Below are positions 17,686-26,202 of a DNA stretch of 64,000 nucleotides, piece after piece (the first letter of the stretch is position 1; the number at the start of each line of letters is the position of its first letter). A program made the position numbers and the translations under genes. Below the pieces are notes generated by a model that was not told where the DNA came from, did no database searches, and was given only the letters and a program-made list of their open reading frames with translations. Source of the stretch: Armatimonadota bacterium (lineage in GTDB: Bacteria; Armatimonadota; Fimbriimonadia; Fimbriimonadales; GBS-DC); assembly GCA_037444405.1 (NCBI GenBank), contig JBBIML010000006.1:177438-241437 (forward strand). Direction: 5' to 3'.

Positions 17686-19731
17686 ATGAGTGCGTTCGTT
17701 CCGCTGACAGGGGTGCAACTACCGCACACCTGCCGCCGTCGCAAGACGCGCGAGGTCCGGGTGGGCGATATCGGGATTGGGGGGAACAATCCCGTCCGTG
17801 TGCAGACAATGATCACCGCCGAGACGATGAACACGCTCGCCGCCGTCGAGCAGATTATCCAGCTCTACGAGGCGGGCGCGGAAATCGTGCGCGTCACCGC
17901 GCCTAACCTGCGCGAGGCACAAAACCTCGGCGAAATCAAAGCCGAACTGCGACGGCGCGGCTACGGACATATCCCGCTCGTCGCCGATGTGCATCACCAG
18001 GGCATGGAAATCGCCCTCGAATGCACCAGACATGTGGAAAAGATTCGCATCAATCCGGGGCTGTTCGTGTTCCGCAAGCCTGACCCCAGCCGCGTGGAAT
18101 ACAGCCAGAGCGAGATTCAGCAGGAGCTAGAAGCCATCGAGCAGGCGCTCCTGCCTGTGATCCGCGCCTGCAAGGAGCGCGGCGTCGCCATGCGCATCGG
18201 CGTCAATCACGGCAGCCTCTCGGAGCGCATCAAGGTGATGTACGGCGACTCGCCCGTCGGAATGGTCGAATCGGCATTAGAGTATATTCGCATCTGCGAG
18301 GCGCACGGCTTCAAAGATATCGTCATCTCGCTCAAGGCAAGTCGCGTGCCCGTGATGCTCTCGGCAAACCGCCTGATGGTGGAGCGCATGAACCAGCTGG
18401 GCATGGACTATCCCCTGCATCTGGGCGTGACAGAGGCGGGCGACGGGATGTATGCCCGTATCAAGAGCGCAATCGGCATCGGCACCCTGCTGGCGGAAGG
18501 CATCGGCGACACCATTCGCGTCTCGCTCGCCGAAGACCCGCTGAACGAGATCGAGGTGTGCTACGACATCCTGCAGGCGCTGGGACTGCGCAAGACCAAA
18601 GTGGAATATATCGCCTGCCCCTCCTGCGGACGCACCAAGTTTGACCTGCCAACCGTGCTGAACCAGGTGCGCGAAGCCACCAAACATCTGGTGGGACTGG
18701 ACATCGCCGTGATGGGCTGCCTGCCATCCGACCAGCCCGTGATGACCGAGTCGGGGCTGAAACCCATTCATCGGATTCAGGTGGGCGAGCGCGTGCTAAC
18801 CGAGCAGGGCACGCTGGAGCCTGTATCCGCCATCGAGAGCCATTCATTCGAGGGCGAGCTGATAGAGATTGTGCCGCGCGGCGCACCGCCCCTGCGCCTG
18901 ACGCCCAATCACCCCGTGCTGGCGCTCACCCGCTCCTGCACAATTAAAGGCGACCGACCACGCTGGCAAAACATGGCAGACCTCATCAATCGCTGGCAGG
19001 AAGCACGCTGGTACCCGGCGCAGGAGATTACCCGCAATCATGTATTGCTCTACCCTGTGCTGAAAGAGAACCAGATATCGGAGCGCGTTCCTGACGAACC
19101 AAAGCAGATTATCGAATACCTGCAGAAGCTCTGGCGGTGTGATGGCTATTGTGGGGTGGTCCGAGGCTATCCGTGTGCCAGCTATGTGACGGTTTCGCCA
19201 GCGCTCGCCTTTGTCGTTCACCAGTTGCTTCTGCGGCTGGGGATACCAGCGTCGCTGACGGTCAGGCAACCTGCAAACCGCCAGCGTACATACATCATCA
19301 GTGTCACCAGCGGCGATGGGCTGCGGCGATTCGCCGACCGCCTTGGCTTCAAGGTGGAAGTGCCTGAAAGCCGTCAGCGTACGGGGCAGCTCGCGCTCGA
19401 TTCACGCTACCTCTATCTGCCCGTTGCAGCAGTGAGGCGCCTTCCCTATCGGGGCACGGTTCACAATCTGGAGGTGGCGCACGCGCACACCTATGTCGGC
19501 TCACTCTGCGTGGTGCATAACTGCATCGTGAACGGACCAGGCGAGATGGCGGATGCAGATTATGGCTATGTGGGGCGCGGGTCGGGTAAAATCGCGCTCT
19601 ATCGCAAAGGGCAGCTCGTTAAAAACGATATTCCTGCCGAACGCGGCGTGGAAGAGCTGATCGCGCTGCTCAAAGCCGATGGCGTGTGGCGCGATCCGCC
19701 AGCAACCAATCACAACGATGGAGGTCAATAA
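17686..19731 (+). CDS. ispG: 4-hydroxy-3-methylbut-2-enyl diphosphate synthase (IspG/GcpE) interrupted by an in-frame intein.
   Basis: The exteins carry IspG motifs: [27 protein letters not shown], and VMG followed (after the intein) by CIVNGPGE. Extein length without the insert is 413 aa. Confidence 0.9.
   Translation: MSAFVPLTGVQLPHTCRRRKTREVRVGDIGIGGNNPVRVQTMITAETMNTLAAVEQIIQLYEAGAEIVRVTAPNLREAQNLGEIKAELRRRGYGHIPLVADVHHQGMEIALECTRHVEKIRINPGLFVFRKPDPSRVEYSQSEIQQELEAIEQALLPVIRACKERGVAMRIGVNHGSLSERIKVMYGDSPVGMVESALEYIRICEAHGFKDIVISLKASRVPVMLSANRLMVERMNQLGMDYPLHLGVTEAGDGMYARIKSAIGIGTLLAEGIGDTIRVSLAEDPLNEIEVCYDILQALGLRKTKVEYIACPSCGRTKFDLPTVLNQVREATKHLVGLDIAVMGCLPSDQPVMTESGLKPIHRIQVGERVLTEQGTLEPVSAIESHSFEGELIEIVPRGAPPLRLTPNHPVLALTRSCTIKGDRPRWQNMADLINRWQEARWYPAQEITRNHVLLYPVLKENQISERVPDEPKQIIEYLQKLWRCDGYCGVVRGYPCASYVTVSPALAFVVHQLLLRLGIPASLTVRQPANRQRTYIISVTSGDGLRRFADRLGFKVEVPESRQRTGQLALDSRYLYLPVAAVRRLPYRGTVHNLEVAHAHTYVGSLCVVHNCIVNGPGEMADADYGYVGRGSGKIALYRKGQLVKNDIPAERGVEELIALLKADGVWRDPPATNHNDGGQ
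18718..19521 (+). other. Intein (268 aa) within ispG, with a probably degenerate LAGLIDADG-type endonuclease core.
   Basis: It starts with Cys in a block-A-like [13 protein letters not shown]. Block B is TPNHP, and blocks F/G are [21 protein letters not shown], followed by a +1 Cys. It interrupts the otherwise contiguous [11 protein letters not shown] motif. Confidence 0.8.
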
Positions 19732-19733
19732 CG

Positions 19734-20186
19734 ATGGGTCTGTTAGGGTTTCAATCGAAGCGGTTGCCGCGCACCAATCTGCGCGATCTGCGGGCGCGAC
19801 TGACAAAACAGAAGGGCAAGGTCGTCCTGCTGAACTTCTGGGCGACATGGTGCCAGCCCTGCGTGGAGGAGTTCCCCGCGCTGGTCAGGCTCTACAACAA
19901 CTATCGCAAGCGGGGTGTGGTGGTGATCGCCGTCTCGGTGGATGACCCCGAAACCGCCGATGAGGTCGTTCAGCCGTTTCTGAAGCGAATGCGCGCGACC
20001 TTCCCCGTGCTGGTGCTGGATCAGGATTCCGACCAGTTCATTCGCGGCTTCGATAACGAATGGGGCGGTGAGGTGCCGCGCACCTACCTCTATAGCAAGT
20101 CGGGCAAGCGCCTGAAGGCGTGGTCGGGTTCGCGCACCTACGCCGAGTTCGAGAAAGAGATCAAGGAGGCGCTGAAACAGCGGTGA
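19734..20186 (+). CDS. Thioredoxin-fold thiol-disulfide oxidoreductase (TlpA/ResA-like).
   Basis: VVLLNFWATWCQPCVEEFPAL carries a WCxxC active site. The ATG at 19734, just after the ispG stop, is preferred to the track start at 19686. Confidence 0.8.
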   Translation: MGLLGFQSKRLPRTNLRDLRARLTKQKGKVVLLNFWATWCQPCVEEFPALVRLYNNYRKRGVVVIAVSVDDPETADEVVQPFLKRMRATFPVLVLDQDSDQFIRGFDNEWGGEVPRTYLYSKSGKRLKAWSGSRTYAEFEKEIKEALKQR

Positions 20187-20194
20187 GCGAACGG

Positions 20195-21040
20195 ATGCGC
20201 CGACTGCGCTTCTGGAAAGTGGAGGCGGTCGGCAACGACTTTGTGCTGGTGGATGCCGATTCTGTTCAGGGCGAGAACCTGCCTGCGCTGGCTCAGCGGC
20301 TGTGCCATCGTCCGCTGGGCATCGGCGGCGACGGCTTGCTGATTATCGGCAGGGGCGAGCGCGAAGCGCTTGCCATGCGGATGTTCAACCCCGACGGCAC
20401 AGAAGACTTCTGCGGCAACGGACTGCGCTGTGTCGCCCGATTCGCCTATGAGCATGGCTATGTGGACACGCCCCGGTTCGCCATCGAGACCATCAGCGGC
20501 GTCGTGCCCGTGCGCCTGAACCTGCGCGACGGTGTGGTGGAGTCGATCACGACCGAGCTGCCGCCGCCGCGCTTTCACCCGCGCGACATCCCGATACGGG
20601 TTGAGGGCGAGCAGGTGCTGGACTACCCGTTAACCGTGAGCGGGCGCGAGGTTCGATTGTGGGCGGTCAACACGGGCACCACGCACAGCGTCATCTTCAC
20701 CGACCGCCTGCCCGACGACGAGCTGTTTGAGCAGATCAGTCCGCGCATCGAGACCCATCCACTGTTTCCGGAGCGTACCAGTGTGCTATGGGCATTGATG
20801 GAGTCACCGAACCGATTCGCTGTGCGCATCTGGGAGCGCGGGGTGGGCGAAACCCAGGGCTGCGGTAGCGGCGCGGCGGCGGTCGCCGTGCTGGCGCACT
20901 TGGCTAACTGGGCAAAAAACCCGGTGGAGGTGCGCTCGCGCGGCGGCGTGCTGACCGTCGAGTGGGAGCCTGGCACTCCCATCCGGCTGACGGGTCCCGC
21001 AACCCTGCGCTTTGAAGGTCTCTACAATCTCTCTGCCTGA
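20195..21040 (+). CDS. dapF: Diaminopimelate epimerase.
   Basis: FWKVEAVGNDFVLVD, NPDGTEDFCGNGLRC and GETQGCGSGAAA contain the two catalytic Cys motifs. An internal ATG is preferred to the track start at 20120. Confidence 0.85.
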   Translation: MRRLRFWKVEAVGNDFVLVDADSVQGENLPALAQRLCHRPLGIGGDGLLIIGRGEREALAMRMFNPDGTEDFCGNGLRCVARFAYEHGYVDTPRFAIETISGVVPVRLNLRDGVVESITTELPPPRFHPRDIPIRVEGEQVLDYPLTVSGREVRLWAVNTGTTHSVIFTDRLPDDELFEQISPRIETHPLFPERTSVLWALMESPNRFAVRIWERGVGETQGCGSGAAAVAVLAHLANWAKNPVEVRSRGGVLTVEWEPGTPIRLTGPATLRFEGLYNLSA

Positions 21041-21577
21041 TCCCGAGCAGGGAGAAATACCCTTGCCTCATCGCGCTCGTCGGGATGGAGACGCGGTAAG
21101 CGATTGACGAACCGCATTGCTGGGTAATCTGCTGAACCGCCTGACGCACCGCAGGCAGCTGGGGGTCGTTGCTGCGGCAGGGGATGGTCACGGCATATGC
21201 GGCTCGTAACCCGGCATCCCGGGCGGGGCACTGGTTGTCCAGAACGGCTTGCAGTGGTCGAACATCAATTTGAGCTGGCGCTGAACCAGCTCTGCCACCG
21301 TCTCAAATGTTCAGCTCGTCGGGTCGGGTGCGATGCTCCTTACCGCTGGGGTCGGTCCAGATGACGATGGCTTGCAATGTTGGATCGTCGGCGTAGACCG
21401 CGCGGCTCCTGACCTCACGCGAAGGCAGAGCCATCGCCAGGCTCAAGAATCTGAACCGATTGCGCCATTGCGCTGTGCAGGGCGCCAGCGAACACCCCTG
21501 CTAACCATAGTCGGACATACCCGCGCACGCAATCCCCTCCTATTTGCAGGGGATTATACCAGTCAGCGGCGCGGGTC

Positions 21578-21808
21578 CATTGGCATCAATTTAAGCCTCC
21601 TTTTCCAAGCGGCAACTGAAAGGTCGCAGGACGCCTCCGACGCCGACACACCGGTGGGTTTGCGTTGGCGTTGGACGAATCCAATTTGTTGGGTGAGGGC
21701 GTCGGCTACAGCGCCGAGGCGTTGGCGCATGCGAGTTTCCATCTGTTCCACGAGGGAGTGGTGTCGTTCCATCATGCTAAGATTATAGCCCAGAAGGGCT
21801 TAAATTGA
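21578..21808 (-). mobile_element. MITE-like IS4-derived element, copy 2 (inverted relative to copy 1).
   Basis: It matches 16853-17083 in reverse complement. The first ~45 nt and last ~85 nt are nearly identical and the centre has diverged. Termini tcaatttaagcc / ggcttaaattga form a perfect 12-bp TIR, extendable to ~20 bp imperfect. Confidence 0.6.
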
Positions 21809-21949
21809 TCAATGACCCCAGTTTAGCCCCTATCAAGGGGTTCGGCGGGCGTCTGGTTGTCAGGTGTGATTGGCGCCTCCCGCATAAGCAGAACAAAGCG
21901 TCGAGCGGCAGGAACCTCATCACCAACGCTGTATTCTGACAGAGTTATC

Positions 21950-23944
21950 ATGCACGCTGATGACCTGATGAGGCTGTTGCGGGAGCGGTTCGGGTTTGAG
22001 TCGTTCCGCGAAGGACAGCAAGAGGCGATTCAGGCGGCGCTGGAGGGCAAGCGGGGGCTGCTGATTCAGCCGACAGGCTGGGGCAAGAGCCTGGTGTATC
22101 AGATGATTGCCGCCCTGCGCGGGCTGACGCTGGTGTTCTCGCCCCTGCGGGCGCTGATGCGCGATCAGGTGCGTCAGGCGTGCGAGCGCTATGCCCTGCG
22201 CGCCGATACCGTCAACTCCGATATGAGCCTCGAGGATCAGCAGGCGGTGCTGGAACGCGCCGCAGCGGGCGAGCTCGACCTGCTCTATATCGCGCCTGAA
22301 CGACTGGGCAACCCACTCTGGCAGGACCATCAGCAACAGCTGCCGATCCGCGCGGTGGTCATCGACGAGGCGCACTGCGTCTCCATCTGGGGACACGATT
22401 TCCGTCCCGAATATCGGCGGATTGTGAACCTGGTGCGTCTGTTACCGCCCGAGGTGCCCGTGGTCGCGGTGACGGCGACCGCCACACCCCGCGTCGAGCA
22501 GGATGTGCGCGAGCAGATTGGCGAGCCGTTCCACATTCTGCGGGGCTCGCTGATGCGCCCTAACCTCTGCCTCTATGTTCAGCCCGTGCAATCGGACGCC
22601 GAAAAGCTTGCCTGGGTGGATCATCTGCTCGGTCTTCTGCCTGGCAGCGGGCTTGTCTACACCGCGACGCGCGCCAGCTGCGAATGGCTCGCCCAGTATC
22701 TTCAGCAGCGCGGGCACGTCGTGGCGCACTACCATGCCGGGCTGGGTGCGGAGCGCGCCGCCCTCGAACAGCGCCTGATTCAGAACGACCTCAAAGCGCT
22801 GGTCTGCACGAACGCGCTCGGCATGGGGCTGGACAAACCCGACCTGCGCTTCGTGATTCATGCCGAGACGCCCGCCTCGCCCCTGCACTACTATCAGGAA
22901 ATCGGGCGGTCAGGTCGCGACGGCGAACGCTCCTACTGCATCCTGCTCGCCCATCCCGACGATAAGACCCTGCAAACCAGCATGATTCGCACCAGTCGCC
23001 CGCCTCCCGACGCTTATCAGCAGGTGTATCAGCTGCTTCAGCAACAGCCGATGCGCGAGCGGGAGCTGGCGCTCCACACCGGGCTGACCCAGAACAGCCT
23101 GCGCACGATCCTGTATGACCTGATGGATCAGGGGCTGCTGGTGCGCGACAGCGAGCGGTACTACCGCGCCACAGGGCATGGTGCCATCGATCACAGCCAT
23201 TATCAGGTGGTGCTGGACGCGAAGCTCAACGATCTGGAGGCGATGATTGCCTACTGGCATCTGCGCGAGTGTCGAATGCGCTATCTGTGCCGCTTTCTGG
23301 GCGATGCGACCGCAGCGGCGTGCAGTCGGTGCGACCGCTGCCGACGGCGACGGCTCGCGCCGCCCGACCCAGCCCTGATAGTGCAGGCGGAACGGTTCGC
23401 CTATCACCCACCACTGATTCTGACGGCGGTTTATCAGAAGGAGCAGATCTACGCGATGGGCTTCGCGCTGAGCTACTATGGGGGCACACCTGTCGGGGAA
23501 GCTATTCACCAGTGCAAATATGCGGACGGCGGCGCACTGCCCGATTGGGCTATCCAGCAGGCGGCGGTGTTCCTGCGCGAGCGGTTCCCGCTACAGGCGA
23601 TTCACGCGCTGGTGCCCATCCCGCCCAGCATCAGCGGCGGCTTCGTTGAGGAGTTCACGGCGCGATTAGCGGCGCAGCTCAACCTGCGCTTTCTGCCGAT
23701 TCTGCGCAAGACGCGCCCCACACGCCCGCAAAAAGACTGGACGAACAGCGTTCAGAAAGCGGAGAACCTGCGCGACGCCATCGAATGTGTCCAGCCCCTG
23801 CAGGGCGAGTGCCTGCTGATAGTGGACGATGTGTGCGATTCGGGCGTGACGCTGGAGGTGGCAGGTAAAATTTTGAAGCGAGCGGGCGCAGGCACGCTCT
23901 ACGCCTTCTGTTTAGCCCGCACCCGCCATCGGGGTGATTTGTGA
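21950..23944 (+). CDS. RecQ-family DEAH helicase fused to a C-terminal ComFC-like phosphoribosyltransferase domain.
   Basis: Helicase motifs QPTGWGKSLVYQ, VIDEAHC, VTATAT and QEIGRSGRDG, plus the RecQ Zn cluster CRMRYLC...CSRCDRC. The C-terminus shows a ComF/PRT pattern (ALVPIPPS, RKTRPTRPQK, ENLRDA, LLIVDDVCDSGVTL, LART). Confidence 0.8.
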   Translation: MHADDLMRLLRERFGFESFREGQQEAIQAALEGKRGLLIQPTGWGKSLVYQMIAALRGLTLVFSPLRALMRDQVRQACERYALRADTVNSDMSLEDQQAVLERAAAGELDLLYIAPERLGNPLWQDHQQQLPIRAVVIDEAHCVSIWGHDFRPEYRRIVNLVRLLPPEVPVVAVTATATPRVEQDVREQIGEPFHILRGSLMRPNLCLYVQPVQSDAEKLAWVDHLLGLLPGSGLVYTATRASCEWLAQYLQQRGHVVAHYHAGLGAERAALEQRLIQNDLKALVCTNALGMGLDKPDLRFVIHAETPASPLHYYQEIGRSGRDGERSYCILLAHPDDKTLQTSMIRTSRPPPDAYQQVYQLLQQQPMRERELALHTGLTQNSLRTILYDLMDQGLLVRDSERYYRATGHGAIDHSHYQVVLDAKLNDLEAMIAYWHLRECRMRYLCRFLGDATAAACSRCDRCRRRRLAPPDPALIVQAERFAYHPPLILTAVYQKEQIYAMGFALSYYGGTPVGEAIHQCKYADGGALPDWAIQQAAVFLRERFPLQAIHALVPIPPSISGGFVEEFTARLAAQLNLRFLPILRKTRPTRPQKDWTNSVQKAENLRDAIECVQPLQGECLLIVDDVCDSGVTLEVAGKILKRAGAGTLYAFCLARTRHRGDL

Positions 23945-24822
23945 AGATGGAAGAGCGCGAGTGGGTCTACTGGATGCTGATGGCTCATTCCGACAGTCGT
24001 GCCCTACGCCAGCGGTTCCGCGACCAGCAGCCGCAGGATGTGGGCGCGTTTCTGCGTGACCAGCCCGAATGGGCGCAGATGGAGGCGCAGCTGGCGCAGG
24101 AGGCGCTGACCCTCCACGAGTTCTTGCAGCAGGGCGGGCTGTTCCTGACCCTCTACCATCCGGGCTATCCTGAACGGCTGCGCCTGACAGCCTCGATACC
24201 CCCGCCGCCAGTGCTGTACGCGCTGGGCAGTCTATCCCTGCTCGACGCCCAGCCGCTGGTCGCCATCGCTGGCTCGCGCAACGCCTCCCGCCAGGCGCAG
24301 GAGGCAACCCCCGCCGTCGTTCAGCAACTGGTCGCGCAGGGCTACGGGATTATCACAGGCTTCGCGAAGGGCGTCGATCAGATGGCTGCCCGCACCGCGC
24401 TGGATGCAAATGGCATCACCATCGGCGTGCTGCCGCAGGGACTGCTGTCCCGACTCACCCAGCAGCTCGCGCGCGAATGGATGGAGCCACTGAACGACGA
24501 CCGCCTGCTGTTCCTCTCGGAGCTGCATCCCCGCGCCGAGTGGTCACCGCGCTTCGCCATGATGCGCAACCGCCTGATTGCCGCCCTCGCCGAGTTCGTG
24601 GTGATTATCGAATCGGGCGCCCGCGAATCGCAAAAGAACGGCAAAACGGTGTTGAGCGGCACCTATCAGTGCGCCGAGATTGCACACCGGACGGGTCGCC
24701 CCGTGTATGTGCTGGACCTGCCCGCGCCAGGCAATCAGCAGCTCCTGCAGGAGGGCATCGCCCGCCCCTGGCAAGGACACCATGCAGCGGCGCCGTCGGA
24801 GCAACCGAACCTTTTCGAGTAG
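23941..24822 (+). CDS. Divergent DprA/Smf-family (SLOG-fold) DNA-processing protein. Its start overlaps the upstream stop (GTGA).
   Basis: LVAIAGSRNASRQA...GYGIITGFAKGVDQMAARTALDANGITIGVLPQGL...FAMMRNRLIAALAEFVVIIES follows the DprA Rossmann-domain pattern. The usual SGSLITA segment is replaced by a longer insert. Confidence 0.7.
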   Translation: MKMEEREWVYWMLMAHSDSRALRQRFRDQQPQDVGAFLRDQPEWAQMEAQLAQEALTLHEFLQQGGLFLTLYHPGYPERLRLTASIPPPPVLYALGSLSLLDAQPLVAIAGSRNASRQAQEATPAVVQQLVAQGYGIITGFAKGVDQMAARTALDANGITIGVLPQGLLSRLTQQLAREWMEPLNDDRLLFLSELHPRAEWSPRFAMMRNRLIAALAEFVVIIESGARESQKNGKTVLSGTYQCAEIAHRTGRPVYVLDLPAPGNQQLLQEGIARPWQGHHAAAPSEQPNLFE

Positions 24823-24922
24823 GGGCGCACCGCCGTGCGCCCTTTTCGAGCGCACCACTTGCGCTCCTGCAACTTCAACTCTTCAGCGAGGCTGTTCGAA
24901 AAATCCATCCAGAGGCAAGGAT

Positions 24923-25012
24923 GCCCCTCACCCCTACTCTCTCCCCAGCAGGGAGAGGGAGTTTATCAGCCCCTCTCCCCCGCCTGTGAGGGAGAGGGTG
25001 CGGGTGAGGGGG
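24923..25012. repeat. REP-like nested palindromic element, composite copy b.
   Basis: An outer inverted repeat (gcccctcaccc...gggtgagggggc) encloses two inner hairpins (ctctcccc-agca-gggagagg and ccctctccc...gggagaggg). It lies between convergent genes. Confidence 0.6.
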
Positions 25013-25061
25013 CTTCACTCAGGTCGATATTCTGCCCCGAATTTTCGAACAGCCTCACTCT

Positions 25062-26141
25062 TCAGCCGACGCGGCGCCAGCGCAGGTAGAGGGCGCTGCC
25101 GCCCATCATCACTATCAGGATAGTAACGGTGCCCGGTTCAGGCACGCCGTCGCCGCCCCAGTTGCTGCCTGCACCCCACCGGTCGATCCGAACCCGCAAA
25201 AACACAGGCGCATGATCGGAGGCGCTCGGGCTGTCGTTAATATCAAACCCATCTGGCAGCATGCCCTCTGGAAAACGGCGCGTGTTAAATAAAATCGCCT
25301 CCAGGATAGTAATCCGATCGCGTCCCAGCTCCACCTCCGAAGTGAGCAGGTAATCGAACCGATTGCGCAGGTCAGAGTTGCGCGTCGTCACTTTATAGGT
25401 GCGCTTGCCGTCCAGCGCGTCGACGGGTATATGGTCGCGCAGGCGAGCCGACTTAACGGTGCTGATGGGCGCGTAGGTGCGTCCGTCGGGCAGCGTGCCA
25501 CCGATATCGAACAGCGAGTTCAGGTCGGGGTCTTCGTTCTCGTTCAGGTCGCCGCCCAGCACATAGGCGGAGCGTCGGTGCTGGAGTCGCCATCGGCGCA
25601 CCTCGTCGCGCGTGCGCTCGGCATTCGTCTGGCGTTTGACCGCATCGTTGGTGTAGCCGCCCGCCTTGAAATGCGCCCCAAAGATGCCCAGTCCGTTCGT
25701 GCCTGGCACATCCACCCAGCCGATGGTCAGTCCCCGATTGGGCGAGCCAATGTTCACATCGCCAATCTCCAGAAACCGATAACGGCTGATAACGGCGGAG
25801 CTGATCCAGCCGTCGCTGTTGCGGTTCACATAAACATAAAAGTCGACGCCGGGCTGCGGATTGGCGCCATAGTAGGTGAGATGGGTCTGCACGAAGCTGA
25901 TAAGCGCAGCTTCCTGTGCAGCGGGGTCCCAACCCGATCTGTTGCCACCCACCTCGTGCAGAAGCCAGATGTCGGGGCGGAGATAGTTGGCAATTCTGGC
26001 GACATAGGGTTGCGCCGCGCTGTTGGGTTCGTTCGCGCCGATTGCCCGCCCGATGTTCCAGCTCATAATGCGCAACTCTGTCGCCCACGCGCCCGTTAGA
26101 AGCCAGCCGAGCGCCAGCACCACGCCGTATCTCGCTTTCAT
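25062..26141 (-). CDS. Secreted endonuclease/exonuclease/phosphatase (EEP) family protein with a PEP-CTERM-like tail.
   Basis: Signal peptide, then EEP motifs (IMSWNI, LHEVG, GGDLNE, SDHAPV). The C-terminus is VPEPGTVTILIVMMGGSALYLRWRR. Confidence 0.75.
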   Translation of the reverse strand: MKARYGVVLALGWLLTGAWATELRIMSWNIGRAIGANEPNSAAQPYVARIANYLRPDIWLLHEVGGNRSGWDPAAQEAALISFVQTHLTYYGANPQPGVDFYVYVNRNSDGWISSAVISRYRFLEIGDVNIGSPNRGLTIGWVDVPGTNGLGIFGAHFKAGGYTNDAVKRQTNAERTRDEVRRWRLQHRRSAYVLGGDLNENEDPDLNSLFDIGGTLPDGRTYAPISTVKSARLRDHIPVDALDGKRTYKVTTRNSDLRNRFDYLLTSEVELGRDRITILEAILFNTRRFPEGMLPDGFDINDSPSASDHAPVFLRVRIDRWGAGSNWGGDGVPEPGTVTILIVMMGGSALYLRWRRVG

Positions 26142-26202
26142 ACCGCCCTATTATAGCCCATACACGCCCGGAAAGGTATCCTGAAAGGGAGAATTTGCAC
26201 CG

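Noticed and set aside
16853-21808. Active composite transposon carrying ispG and dapF.
   Set aside because: Both flanking elements are 231-bp remnants without a functional transposase, the left TIR of copy 1 is degraded, and the cargo is essential housekeeping. The region is kept as a structural observation (possible inversion substrate), not as a mobile element call.
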